Source: Camelus ferus (lineage: Eukaryota). Taken from it: a DNA stretch of 64,000 bases. Positions within the stretch are counted from its first letter, which is position 1. The number at the start of each line of letters is the position of its first letter. Below are positions 1 to 14,000 of this stretch, one piece after another. Made by a program: the position numbers and the translations under genes. The notes below the pieces were generated by a model. It was not told the origin of the DNA. It ran no database searches and saw nothing but the letters and a program-made list of their open reading frames with translations. The stretch is from NCBI RefSeq assembly GCF_009834535.1, contig NC_045697.1:38380001-38444000 (forward strand), read 5' to 3'.

Positions 1-1070
1 TTTAGCTTTATGCTCAGTAGTTCTCAAGCAAGGAAAAAGAAATGATGGGGCATATCCAGAGTTAATGGTTGTCTGGGCATAAAGTTGGTGGAAGAATCTC
101 CAGTACTGGTAATAAGATCACGGAGATGTCTAAACCATGGAATTAAGATTATGGAAGTAACTGAGGCCTAATAAAGTACTGAACTATGAGACTAGGTAGA
201 GACTGAGGGATTACAGAGTGTGGTGAGGACCAATGGTCATTTGGTCAGAATGAAAATTTATATCATAAGAGAGTTGAAGACCTGGAAACTGGCTCAGTTC
301 TAACCCATGACAAAGTCCAGGCATAATCATGTTACCATGTGCCTGTAGCTGAGTGAAGAGGAGCCTCATGAGAGTTGAGGAATTGTGAACCGAGTGGCCA
401 GGGTTGGGGAGGAATCAGTGGGGCTTGAAATGGCAGGAAATGAGATGGCAAGGAGGACTGTGAGCCAAAGGCAGAACAAATGGAGAAACATGGGAGAAGA
501 TCTCGGAAGTAACTAGAAGATTAAGGGGGAAAAAAAAAAGGATAATTAGATTTTCTGAGAAAAGAGTGGGACAGATTGAAGAGAGATTTAGGAGGTGTAA
601 TCTTTAAATTTTAGTGCCTGCATGTGGTAGACTTGGAAAGTAGAGGAATCCCCAAGTTTCTGTTTCACATGAATGAGTGCCTGGATGATACTGTTCCTTA
701 AGATAACTGTGGAAAGCAGAGCAGGGATCCACCCTCCACAGAGGGTATGCTGAGTATGTTATATCCACGAGACATTCACATTGAGATTCTAGGATGAAGC
801 AGGATATGTAGATCTGTTCTCAGAAGTGTGGTCCCAGATGGAGATTCAAATGTGGGGATCATTTGAATATCATGTGAATTGAAGCTACGACTGTAGTAAG
901 GATTATCTAGTGAGATTATGTAGAGTGGGAAGAGAGGAGAACCAAAGACAGACCCTAGGAAAGTTGGCATCTAAGGCCCTGGTGGAAGCAGAGGGTCTTT
1001 GAAAGAAACTGAGAAGGAGCAACCAAGGAGGAGAACCAGGAGATAAGGGGAGAAGAAAATGGCTTACCTT
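1..1070 (+). mobile_element. Old LINE-2 (L2) fragments
   Basis: Purine-rich degraded sequence with L2-like phrases (ggagattcaaatgtggggatcatttgaatat, gagaaccaaagacagaccctagga). Boundaries approximate. Confidence 0.55.
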
Positions 1071-1878
1071 GCTCAGGTGTGTAACTACAAGCAGGTCATT
1101 TAAATACTTTTGACTTGGTTTCTTCAACCTCAAAACAAGAGATTAGAAGTATAAAAAATTTGTTAGGATTCTGAAGAAGACAAACTTGTGGGTTATGTTT
1201 GTTCTTTGTGAAGATCAATTAGTTTTTCAAGTACGTGTCTAATCTTGGCCAGATACTGGAAAATGTAAGTTATCCATGTGGTTTGGACCAAGACAGGATA
1301 TATCTAGCCATAAACAGAAATTACTCCTTCTGCTTTTAAGGATAATTAAGAAAACATTTCCCTCTAATTCAGAGTATACATTTTGTTGTATACTAATTTT
1401 GCTTCTTAAAGGTTCAATTATCTGCTCTTTTGGCATTGCTTAATAATGTCTATTTTAGTTATCACTGCCTTGAGCTCCTTGTTTGACAGTTTCCTGCTGG
1501 TGATGACTTCTTGAGCCTATAATAGTGGATACCACAAGGTGCACTCAACTTTTAATCTTGCCAAAGTGTGGTCCCCATTTAGTGGAGGAACAGATTAAAT
1601 CTGGGCATATGTATTAAGCATGCAGAAAATAAAGCTTGCTTTATTATTGTGTCTTATTGAAGTTTTCAGGAGTGCATTGTTTAGTTGAAGATGAGGTGGG
1701 TATTTATATATATAAGTATTTATCTATATGAGGGAGAAACATTTTATCAGTATGTAATATGAGCTAGAGACATACCTTATAACAAAAAGGCTAACCTTCT
1801 GAAATGCTTAATTCTAAGACAAGTGTTTTGTTTTGTTCTCAATTTTTTTTTTTGAAACACACGTTTGTATTTTTTTAG

Positions 1879-2020
1879 GTGGCAAAAAAAGAAGTATTGC
1901 TTTCAGGCGCCAGCGTATGCAAATTGACGAACCGGTGCCTCCCTCTGAAGTCAGTTCATATCCGGTTCCTCAGCCAGATGACCCTTACATTGCAGACCTC
2001 CTGCAAGTGGCTGATAACAG
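1879..2020 (+). CDS. CEP135: CEP135 exon 5 (142 nt)
   Basis: ttttttag|GT GGC AAA...AAC AG|gtgcat; [48 protein letters not shown]. Confidence 0.96.
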
Positions 2021-5000
2021 GTGCATTAAATAATTCTTTGTTGGCTCTAGTTAATTGATCACTTGGTTAACCAGTAAGTTTCTTGATAGTAGCGGTTCTG
2101 TCTTAATTATCATTATGTTTGGTGCCTAGCATAGAACTTTCTGAATAAGCACTCACTAAATGCTTTCGGAATGTATTCTGAATATAGAAGGTTTCTATTT
2201 GTTTTGAAACTTCGATTTCAAATAGATCATGTATCAGATGTTTCTGTTCATATTTGCTTGAAAACAATTCAGTGCCAATCAAGAGCCTGTTTCAGTAGAG
2301 TTGCTTTGACATTTAGTTTCATCACCCAAGTAATCTTTTACAGACTCTATTGGTTCATATTTTTGTCAAATGCCAGTAGACATGAATAGATTTGTAACTG
2401 GCTTTGACATTCTTGCTTCATGATTCTCTAGCTGTACTATGATGGTATCTCCTTAAATTGGAATCAGATATAAATTCTGTTTTAATTAAAACTTCAGTAA
2501 GCTCTCTGGAAAAGGCATTATGTAGGTGTTCTGGGGATGTAAAGATAAGGTGATGTTGCAGCTTTTGAGAAGCTTACAATCCAGTAATGAAGATGAGACA
2601 AGGGAAATAACACAAAGTGTTCAGAAAATTGTAAGAGGAACACAAGCAGGAGAGCGCTAGTGGCAGCCAATCTGGTCACAGCTGCAGAAACACTTTAAAA
2701 TGTGGAATATACAAGTGGAAGTGATTAGTGTAGTGAGCCTTTTACTTTGTAGATTATGCAGAGAATATGGGGGAGTTTTCTGCTTTATTAATCTCAATGT
2801 AACAAAAAAAAATACAGTGGGTGAGATACTAATTAGAATCTCTTAGCTCAGTTATTCTCACACAATATTAGGTACCTGTATTTTTAGTTATCTGACCTTA
2901 CCCATGAAATATTTTGTGTTTTGTTTTTCTGGTTCAGTTATAACTAGGACTTAGTGTGTTAGTATTATTTAAGGAGTTTTTTTGGCTGCATATGTATCAC
3001 TCTCTTTTTCTTTCTTGTGTCTTAACATTCTTCTTTTCTATCAAACCATTGTAGATGGCATCGATCTCTTATTTGTTTTAATTTACACATGCACATTTAA
3101 TTGTATTCAGAATCATTTGTGCATAAAGTGTGCATGTTAAGTTGGAAAATTGTAGTATGTCTCAATATTTTTCTTCTCTTCCAGATTGTAGCACAGTTCA
3201 ATAGAAAATACAGGGTCATTTAGGGTTAGAAAACATTTGAGTCTCTTATTTCATTTAATGATACTGTGAATTTTGGACTAGACACTTAGTTCCCTGAACT
3301 TAGGAATTGGCAACAGTACCTCAAAGAGTTGTCTTAAGGATCAAAATGCAGTAGTAGACATAAAATAATCTTGAGTTTCAAATTATTTACCACTCAATTT
3401 TTTATCTATTCTTGTAGAAGTAAATCTCCAAGATGTTGTTCTCTGTTCATGCTGTGGCTTTGGAACCCTTTGGCATAGCACTTCGTACCTCATTGAGAAA
3501 CAGAAAGTAGAGAGTTTTTAAAAGAAGGCATTTAGTTTCACTTCTTATTATTTTTTAATTTCTTAACAAATGTATGTTGGCATTAGTTATAAATGTGTTT
3601 CAGAATTCAAGAACTTCAACAAGAAGTCTACCAGTTACAAGAAAAGTTAGCAATGATGGAAAGCGGACTGAGAGATTATAACAAGCAGGTAGGATTTTTA
3701 TTAACTTACATAGTAGGGATTGAGATGGGTGTGCTGTGATTGTAAATGGAATTGGGTTATATTTGATACTACTGATACTAAGGGTTTTTTTTTTAACTGA
3801 TCTCTGGTTGATTTACAAAGTTGTGTTAATTTCTGGTGTAGAGCAAAGTGATTCACTTATATATGTATTTTTTATATATTTATATTCTTTTTCATATTCT
3901 TGTCCATTATAGTTTATTACAGGATATTGAGTATAGTTCCCTGTGCTAAACAGAAGGACCTTGTTTATCTATTTTATATATAGTAGTTTATATCTGTTAA
4001 TCCTAGACTCCTAATTTATCCCTCTCCCACCCCCTTTCCCCTTTGATAACCATAAATTTGCTTTCTATGTCTGTGAGTCTGTTTCTGTTTTGTAAATAAG
4101 TTCATTTGTATCACTTTTTTAGATTTTCGCATATAAGTGATATCATATGGTATTTGTCTTTCTCTTTCTGACTTACTTCACTTACTCTGATAATCTTTAG
4201 GTCCATCCATGTTGCTGCAAATGGCATTATTTCATTCATTTTTATGGTGGAGTAGTAGTCCATTGTGACACCACATCTTCATTATTCATCTGTCGATGGA
4301 CATTTAGATTGCTTTCATGGCTTGGCTATTGTAAATAATGCTGCTATAAACATTGGGGTACATGTATCTTTTCGAATTAGAATTTTTTTCTGGATATATG
4401 CCCAGAACTGGGATTGCTAGATCATATGGTAACTCTATTTTTAGTTTTTTAAGGAACCTCCATATTGTCCTCCATAGTGGCTGCACCAGTTTACATTCCC
4501 ACCAGCAATGTAGGAGGGTTCCCTTTTCTCCACATCCTCTCCAGCATTTGTTATTTGTATACTTTTTAATGATGGCCATTCTGACTGGTGTGAGGTGATA
4601 CCTCATTGTAGTTTTGTGATGTTCTCTCTGGTAATTAGTGATGTTGGGCATCTTTTCATGTCCCTGTTGACCATCCATATGTCTTTGGAGAAATGTCTAA
4701 TTAGGTCTTCTGCCCTTTTTTTGATTGGGTTGTTTGTTTTTTTGTTATTGAGTTTTATGAGCTGTTTGTATATTTTGGAAATTAAGGCCTTGTCAGTCAC
4801 CTAGTTTGCAAATGTTTTCTCCCAGTCTGTAAGTTATCTTTTCGTTTTTTTTTTTCTTTATGGTTTCCATGGCTATGCAAAAGCTTATAAGTTTGATTAG
4901 GTCCCATTTGTTTATTTTTGCTTTTATTTCTATTGCCTTGATAGACTGATAGAAGAGAACATTGGCACAATTTATGTTGGTGAGTGTTCCACCTATGTTC

Positions 5001-8000
5001 TCTTCTAGGAGTTTCATAGTGTCCTGTCTTATATTTAAGTCTTTAAGCCATTTTGAGTTTATTTTTGTGTATGGTATGAGGGAGTGTTCTAACTTCACTG
5101 ACTTACATGTGGCTGTCCAGCTTTTCTTGCCTCCTTTGTCAAAGATCAATTGACCTTCATGTGCAGGTTGTAATTTTCTTTTTTTTTGGTAGTGTCTTTT
5201 TCTGTTTTTGGTATCAGTGTGATGATGACTTCATAGAATGACTTTGGGAGTTTTCCCTCCTCTTCAATCTTCTGGAAGAGTTTTAGAAGATTCAGTATTA
5301 AGTTCTGCTTTGTATGTTTGGTAGAATTCCCCAGTGAGGCCATCTGGTCCTGGACTTTTGTTTGCATTGGTCTTTTAAAATTACAGATTCTATTTCATTT
5401 CTAGTAATTGGTCTGTTCAAGTTATCTGTTTCTTCTTGATTTAGTTTTGGTGGCTGCATGTTTCTAGAAACTTGTCCATTTCTTCTAGGTTGTCGAATTT
5501 GTTGGCATATAATTGCTCATAGTATTTTCTTATGGTTTTCTGTATTTCTGCAGTATTGGTGGTTAGTTCTCCTCTTTTATTGCTTATTTTGTTTATTTGT
5601 GTCCTCTCTCTTTTCTTCTTGGTGAGCCTGGCCAGAGGTCTGTCAATTTTGTTTACCCTTTCAAAGAACCAGCTCTTAGTTTTATTGATTTTGTTTCTAT
5701 TGTTTTCATAATCTCTATTTATTTCCTCTCTGAACTTTATTATTTCCTTCCTTCTGCTGACTTTAGTTTTTGTTTGTTCTTCTTTTTCTAATTCTTTTAG
5801 GTGGTAGATTAGGTTGCTTATTTGAGATTTTTCTTGTTTTTTGAAGTAAGCTTGTCATCATGAGCTTTTAATACAACTTTTCTTTTTCATCAGTTGGTTG
5901 GTAGAATTAATAACTGGAACAGCTAGGTGCCTTCAGATCATTCAGCCCATTCCCTTCATTATGCGTTGAGGTAAATAGTAGTTTTTTGTTTTCTTTTGTT
6001 TTGTTTTTAAGGTGAATCATCTATCTCCCCAAATATTATAACTGTATTAACTGTTTCCATCTCAGGAAGTATTTTATTGAAGTTTGTTATGCATTGTAAT
6101 ATGCATTATAATGGTATTTTATATAATTTTTTTACTCTTACTATAGATTTTGTCATTTCGAATATGTCTTTTTGAAAGTTACTCTTCTGTGTTGCCACAT
6201 TTGTTGCGTGATTCTTCTACAAGTACTAGTACCCCATAAAACAGTTTTCCAAAGAAGCAGGGGAGTTAATAGATGCAGAGTTAGAGCATAACTTTAACAA
6301 GCTTTGTTCTTTCATACTTTCTTTTGATGTCTTTGCTAAATTCTGATTTGGATAATTATAGGCTTGCTTTCTTAATAAGCTTACTGAGGTTTAAATTGGG
6401 TAACACGTTTTTTATTTTCTGCACGTGACTGCATTTTTTGGAATGAAGAAATCTCCACATACAAATATAGATGTAACTTATGTGTTGGTATAATTATCAA
6501 TAATATATTATTGATAATTTCTCTTTGGAACTGCTCCACAACTTCATTTTCTTTTGGATTTCCTTTTCTCACCCTTTTTTTTTTAACCTCTTATGTAATA
6601 TCTTCTTTGCTTTTTGCCACTGCCTGCTCCCTGAAATGTCACTGTTTCCAAGGATTCTGTCCCTGACCCTTCTGTCCCTGTCTGTTTTCTCAGATAATGT
6701 TATCTGCTCTCTTAGTTTATTGCCTGAATATTGATGACTCCCAGGTGTCTCAGGATCTGCTGAGCTCCAGATCCGTATTCCTGACTTTACACTGGGAGCT
6801 TCCACTTGGATGAAGGCTCTTTGTACACATGTGCCTAGTACTGGACTTGCTGTCTTCTGTCTCAAATCTGATTTTCCTCCTATATTGTCTTCTTGGATTG
6901 GTAGCATCACCATCTGCCCAAGCCAACATTCTGTAGTCTTTCTAGGGCTCATTCTCCTCCTGTCACATACCACTCACCATGTTTTGTCAGTTCTGAGTAC
7001 TTTTTAAACTTACTTCTGCTCTGCCGTATCCCACTGTTTTATTTTAGGCCCTAGTTATCTCTCATATATCCCTGCAGTAGGTCTCGCTGCCGCTGATTTT
7101 ATTCTTATCAAATTCATCCTTTAGTCCAGAGTAATACTTCTCCTTAGCAGAGTACTCCGTGCTTATCATAATTAGTTCCTGCCTAATTCTTCAGACTCAC
7201 CTCCAACTGTTAGTTCCCTTGCACATTACAATCCAGTCATACTGAGTCATTTTTACTCTCTTAAACATACTGTTGTTTTATGCTTGCTTTGTCACTGCCT
7301 GGAACACCCATCCCTCCTTTCTTCTCTTCCTAGCATCATTTATAACCTTTTTGGTCATATTTATTTGATAAGGCCTTCACTTATTTCCATAGGCATGACT
7401 ACATCATGGAGACTAAATCACTTTATTTCCTGACTATTTTGGTATCCCATATATATTTCTGTTCTACCATTGAACAACATATTAAAGCAATTATTGGTTT
7501 ACTTGCTTGCTTTTCCTGTAAAGCCATGTGTTCCTGAAAGTCAGGGACCATGTTTTATTCATCCTTGTATACTTAGAACTATGCTCAGTAATTGTTAAAT
7601 TGAATGCTTGGTTTTTGTTTTCAATTTTTTCGGAAAAGAAAACCAAAGTTTGAAAGTGTGTGGATTTTTCCAGATTCTTGCATGTGAATTCATGGCTGAC
7701 AGTGATGTTTTTGATCATATGTCTGTTGTTTTCTAAATAATAGATAATTAATTAAATCACCCCAGCCTCATATCCTTTTTAATACTGAGATTCAGTAGCA
7801 ATTCACTTTTCTTCGTGTCTTCCACTCATTTGTTTATTCCACATTGATTTCACGAGGCACTGAAGTAGTTCAGGCTCAGTTCCAATGCTTACTAATTTCT
7901 TTTTATATAAACATTACCTAATATTAGAGGAGAAAAAAAAAACGAATTAAATTAGAAAGAATCTCTTCAATAAAAATACTTATGAAACCTATGCTGACAG

Positions 8001-11000
8001 TTCTTATGTTGACTTTTTCTGTGCTTATTTTTGCTCTGCGTAAATGTATTTCATAATCCCATATAGGTGTGGGTACCTATATGAATGTTAATCTCTTATA
8101 TATGTTGTGGGACATAAGAAAAATGGAAGTATAGCCAAATAAATGTTTTTCCAGTGTTAATCATTTCAGTTCAAAACCAGGTTTTTTTGAATGATAGCAT
8201 GACTTTCTGTCTTCAGATTGAGCTAAGAGAACGAGAGATAGAACGGCTGTCGGTTGCACTGGAAGGGGGTCGCTCCCCTGATATCCTTTCTCTGGAGACT
8301 AGAAATAAAACCAACGAGAAGCTTATTGCTCATTTAAATATTCAGGTAATGACTTTTATAATTATTTCACTGAGCATATAAAATCATAAGTATTTGTAAT
8401 GGTCTATGGGTTTGTAAAAGAGATGGCGTTGTTTATTAGGGTATTATTTACAGTGGGAAAAATTTCATAGAGTATCCAAAATTGGGTGCAACTAAAAAAT
8501 CAATCTTTTTAAAGAACATTTAATGAGGTAGGAATATATTTACCATAATGGTAAATATTTGGAAGACAAGAACCGTAGCTGCAATGTAACCAACCTTCAG
8601 TTTGCTTTTAAAAGAATGTATGTATTCATGCAGAGAGAGAAAATAGTGGAAGAGAATACTCCAAAATACACTAAAAAAGTTTATCTTTGTGTGAGGATAG
8701 TCTTCTTTATGATTTTCTCCATTTTCAAAAATTTTATGATTATTTCTTTTATGATATAAAAGATGATTTTTAAAAATATATATAAAAATTAAACATATAG
8801 TTTCCATCTACCTATGTAGTGGATTCCCTTGCCATACATTGGGCCTAAGAGTGAAAGAACAGGAGACTTCTGTGAAGCATGACACATGACCTTTATAGAT
8901 GTCATGTTGCCTGGGCTGCAAGCGGAAGAGAGTAAGTCCTGGATATCAGCAGTAGCTCTAGAGCAGTGCTGTTCAATAGAAAGAGGATATGAGCCACATA
9001 TGTAATTTAAAATTTCCTAGTAGCCTGATTAAAAAAGTAAAAAGAAAATAGATGAAGTTAATTTTAATAGTGTATTTACCTACATATATGCAAAATATTA
9101 TCATTTCAATATGTAATCAATGTTGTAAAATACTGTGATATTTTACTTTTTTGTTTGTACTGAGTCTTTGGAATCCTGTGTATATTTTGCATTTATAGCA
9201 CACCTCTGTTTGGACTAGCCACATTTCAGCTGCTCAGTAGCCGTATGTGGCTGTAAATGGCTACTATATTGGACAGCACAGTCTAGACTAATATTATCAT
9301 AGTGATAATCCTGTCATACTTATAGAACTCTGTATTGGGAAAAATTTCTTATTTATCCTTTCCTTCCATGCTTGAAAATTGAAGCCAATGGACATATATT
9401 TTTACTAAACCATATGTTGTCGGTTTTGCAAATCAAAATAATACATTTGCAAATGTAAAGTACCTGGGGTTTTAATTTTTGGTATTAAAAAATACACATA
9501 TATAATAGTGTTTTGAAATATTATTTTGAAAATTAGGTATTTAGGATGATTTTCCCATTCATATACCTATGAATTACAAATTCAATTTAGGTTGACTTTC
9601 TTCAGCAAGCTAATAAAGACCTGGAAAAGCATATACAAGAGCTTATGGAAACCAAGGAAACAGTAACTACCGAAGTCGTTAATTTAAGTAATAAAAATGA
9701 AAAACTCTGCCAAGAATTAACTGAAATAGACCAGCTAGCACAGCAGCTGGAACGACATAAAGAAGAAGTGCTTGAGACTGCCGATAAAGAACTTGAGGAA
9801 GCAAAGGTATGTCCAGGCTAGGGAGTGGGTATAGCTCAATGGTAGAGCACAAGCTTAGCATGCATGAAGTCCTAGGTTCAATCCCCAGGACCTCCATTAA
9901 AATAAATGAATAAATAATAAAAGTAAATAAATCTCTTTTAAAAGAAAAAAAGGTGTGTCTAGGTTGGGAGTGTTCATTAATTCTCCTGCAGTATAGTGAG
10001 CTTGAGTCCTTTGGATATCTGACTTGGGTCTTTTGGTTTATTTTGTAATTCAGGCTTTTCTAAAGTGTTATTTACATCCCCTAAGTGCTTGCAGTTGTTC
10101 TAGTTGTTTGAGTATCTTTCTGAAGCACATCTGTTCTTAGGATAGCTCTTCAGACTCCATCATTTTTTCCTTCAAGGTTTCCATCTCCATCCTTTTACCT
10201 ATGCATTGTGAGCAGGCTTTGGAAGTTTGTCCTCTAGGTCATTTCATGCTCATGAACCCTTTGAAGGTACTGTTTGAAGCTATGTATGTCCTTGAACATT
10301 TTTAAGTTGGTAGCTAACATTTTTCATCTTTAAATTTAAATAAATGCAAAGGATGTAATTTCCAATCAGTTGTAAATATTGATCTCTTAAAACTGTCTTA
10401 TCATTCTTTTAAATATAGCCAGTAGAATCCAAATGACCCTTCTTGAAATCCCCACAAAGTTTTATCCTATTTTAACATATTTTGTGCTTGAGTATCTTTT
10501 TATGATAACTCTGTCAAACATCTCTTCAATTTTTTTTTAACATTTTTTATTGATTTATAATCATTTTACAATGTTGTGTCAAATTCCAGTGTTCAGCACA
10601 ATTTTTCAGTTATTCATGGACATATACACACTCATTGTCACATTTTTTTGTCTGTGAGTTATCATAACATTTTGTGTATATTTCCCTGTGCTATACAGGT
10701 GTAGTCTATTCTACAATTTTGAAATCCCAGTCTATCCCTTCCCACCCTCCACCCCCCTGGTAACCACAAGTCTGTATTCTCTGTCTGTGAGTCTATTTCA
10801 AACATCATCTTCAATTAAAACATACATGAATTGAAATTTTTTATTTTAAAAAATGTCCCGTGACTGTAAAGTTCAGAGTGTTAATATTTTCCTCTAAATA
10901 GTATTATCATTATAATTATTAGTAATCAGTGGATCGGAGTGACAAGTATAGCACAATGTTGATAAATGAAAAGGTTAAATTGTATTAAATGAAAAAGTTA

Positions 11001-14000
11001 AATTTTTACTGGAAATACATCTCTTAGTAAGATATAGTGCGAGAAAATAGTGTCTTAATTAAAGTCTTTGACCAGCCCCAAGATTTCAGATTATCTGTTT
11101 GTCTGGTGCTTTAGAAGTTTTTTATGTCTAGAGATAAAATCTAGAAATCCAAAAAGGAAATTAAGAAAATAATTCCATTTACAATAGCATCAAAAAGAAT
11201 AAAATTCTTAGGGATAAACTTAACCAAGGAGGCAAAAGATTTGTACACTAAAAATTATGAAACATTGCTGATAGAAATTAGAGACAGAAATAAATGGAAA
11301 CACATCCTGTGTTCATGGATTGGAAGACTTTATATAGTTCAAATGTCCATACTACCTAAAACAATCTGAAGATTCAGTGCAACCCCTTCCACATCCCAAT
11401 GGTGTTTTTTACAGAAATAGGAAAAAATCCTAAAATTCATATGGAATCTCAAGGGACTCAGATGTGCCAAAACAATCTTGAAAATGAAGAACATAATTAA
11501 TGCAGTTTTAATTTTGCTTTGTGGCTTCCTCTCCTTTTCCACTTCCTTTTGCATATAATGCTGTGCACACAATGTACTGAACATAGCTTCTCATGCCCCA
11601 TTGGCAGTAATCAAGAATGACAACTTGGCTCAATAAAAGATTCCTACGAGGCTGTGATATTTTAACCTTTGCATTCAGTATTCACAGTTGTAGTATAGAG
11701 TATCTAGGTGGGTAGTAGCAAGTGGTGATAGGATAGGAAAATCAGGAAATGAAAGGGCCACATGATGAATCTTAAAAATCAAGCCTCAAGGAAGGTCCCA
11801 CAAGTATACAGACCAAAAAAAAAAAAAAAAAAAGATTCTCAAGTGGCCCTCTTGCTTCACACGTTACAAATAGGTCCCGTAAGCATTCAAGATACTGAGA
11901 AATTAAAGAGAAACCTCAACTTTGCCTCCTCTTCACTGAAATTGTGGCTTAGTACTGGCTAAAGCCTCAGATCTCACTGGTAAGAGAGCACATGGACTGC
12001 TTGAAAAATGATTTGGTCTCTTGCACTGTGACTTAGTGATAAGTATTCTTGACGTTTAGGTATTTACCCTAACAGGCTTTTTATTCCTAGAAAGAGATTA
12101 AAAAAAAGCTCTCTGAAATGCGGAGTCTTGAAGAAACAATGGGAAAACTTCAGCTGGTGAGTAGGTGTCATATTAAATTGCCAAAATTTTCATTAAGAAA
12201 ATTTTTGTTTTATTTTACATGTTTTTACTAAGATATAATTTATCTATCATAATTTTCACTCTTTTGAGTGTACAGTTAAGTGGTTTTGGTATAGTACAGA
12301 GTAGTGCAACCACCAGTATTGTCTAATCCCAGAACATTTTCATCTCTCCAAAAAGAAACCTCATGCCCATTAGCAGTTAGTTACTCCTCATTTTCCTCTA
12401 CTCAGCCCCTGACAACTAGTCTGCTTTCTGTTTCTATAGATTTGCCTATTCTGGATATTCTGTGTAAGTGGAATTATATAATATGTGACCTTTTGTGTCA
12501 GGCTTTTACTTAGCACAAATGCTTTCAAGATTCATGCATGTCATTCTTTTTTATGGCTGATAATATTCCATTGAATGTACATATTTACTTTCATTTATAT
12601 TTTTACAATTCTTCAATCTCATGGGTAATAGGTGGCAAGTTATATTCAAATTTGGAAAACCTGTTAGGAGTTTTATATTCTTTAAATGACTTCATGACTT
12701 GTTAGTTTACTAATACTGAAGCTAGAAATTGGTAATCACTTGGTAAAGCTGTTGACTTTTATGAAAAGCACTCAGCCATCTTTTAATAGTTTCAATTTGG
12801 TAGTCCAAACCATTTTACTAGTCAATGTTGTTTGTCCTGGTGGTCTTCAAATGAGAGAACTAGTAATCATCCCAGCATAAATCTAGATATAGTAGATAGT
12901 CTTATAGTCTAGAACTAGCAGAACAAATGTCTTACTTGTAAGTAGAAACTCCTAGGTAGTCACCCAAAAGATTATTGAGAATTTTTTCAAGTAATCTGTT
13001 GAATTGGATGAGTTTCCACTAAGATTGGAAACAAAGACTAATACTAATTTCCAAGTTTCCTCATTATGCATACTCTTTTTACAGTCTAGCTAATGTTCTG
13101 GTGTCAGTCATAAGGGAAATTAAAACATGTAGCCATTTGTGGTACATTGGCATATGGGTGATGCTCAAATGCTTGTTGACTTTTGTATGCGCACTATGAA
13201 CGGTGTATCACAGTGGCTTCCTGTTTTACTCAGCTGCTTATCAGGTATTCATTTCAATTCAATAGTGAATAATTGAATTAGCTAACCCTCCTAAATGTTG
13301 TCCACTTTTGAGTCTCTTAGATATTGTAAAATTCTCCCATGAGGTCAATAAATGTGAAGTAGATGTTTTGATGCTGTTTTCTCCACACTGTAAGCTCCAC
13401 GAGGACAGGGGTTTTTGCTGTTTGTTCACTGCTGCTTGTATGCACACTCTACACAGTTGTATGTGATTCATAGTGTTTGTCTCAGAACTGTGGCCAAGCT
13501 TCAGTATTGTTGCCTGACAGCAAGGTGTTACTGTAGTTATTTTCTGACCTTTATTTTTTCCATTGGTACTACATGTTACGTATTTTTAAGATAAATCCTA
13601 ATGACGTTATTGCTAACATTTATTGAGTACTTGCCATGTGCTGGACACTGTACAGAGTGCTTCACATTCATAGATACTTCCATTCATGTATGAATCCTCA
13701 GTGTCTGGGTACTGGTCTTATCCCTGTTGTGCAGATGAGGCTGAGAGAATAACCCTTGCACTTACGGATACCTATGGAAATCTTAGAGCAACGTCTTACT
13801 TCTGCTTTCCTAAACACTTTCAGCTTTTCCTTAAAAAAGCTTTAATATTTTTTTATTGCACAAGTACATATTTATTTTCTAAAAAGACAATATGCTGAAC
13901 AAATTAAAAGAAAATAAAATCCAATAATCCTATTGCTTTAGAAAGGAGCATTGTTGACATTTGGGATTTATGGTGCTTTTAGCCATAACTAATAATTAAC

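Noticed and set aside
4304..5367. Minus-strand ORFs of 65-124 aa
   Set aside because: Frameshifted L1 ORF2 remnants; no intact RT or endonuclease.
12068..12090. Alternative acceptor 15 nt upstream of exon 9
   Set aside because: The AG directly follows the likely branch site CCTAAC, and its use would add an in-frame TAG.
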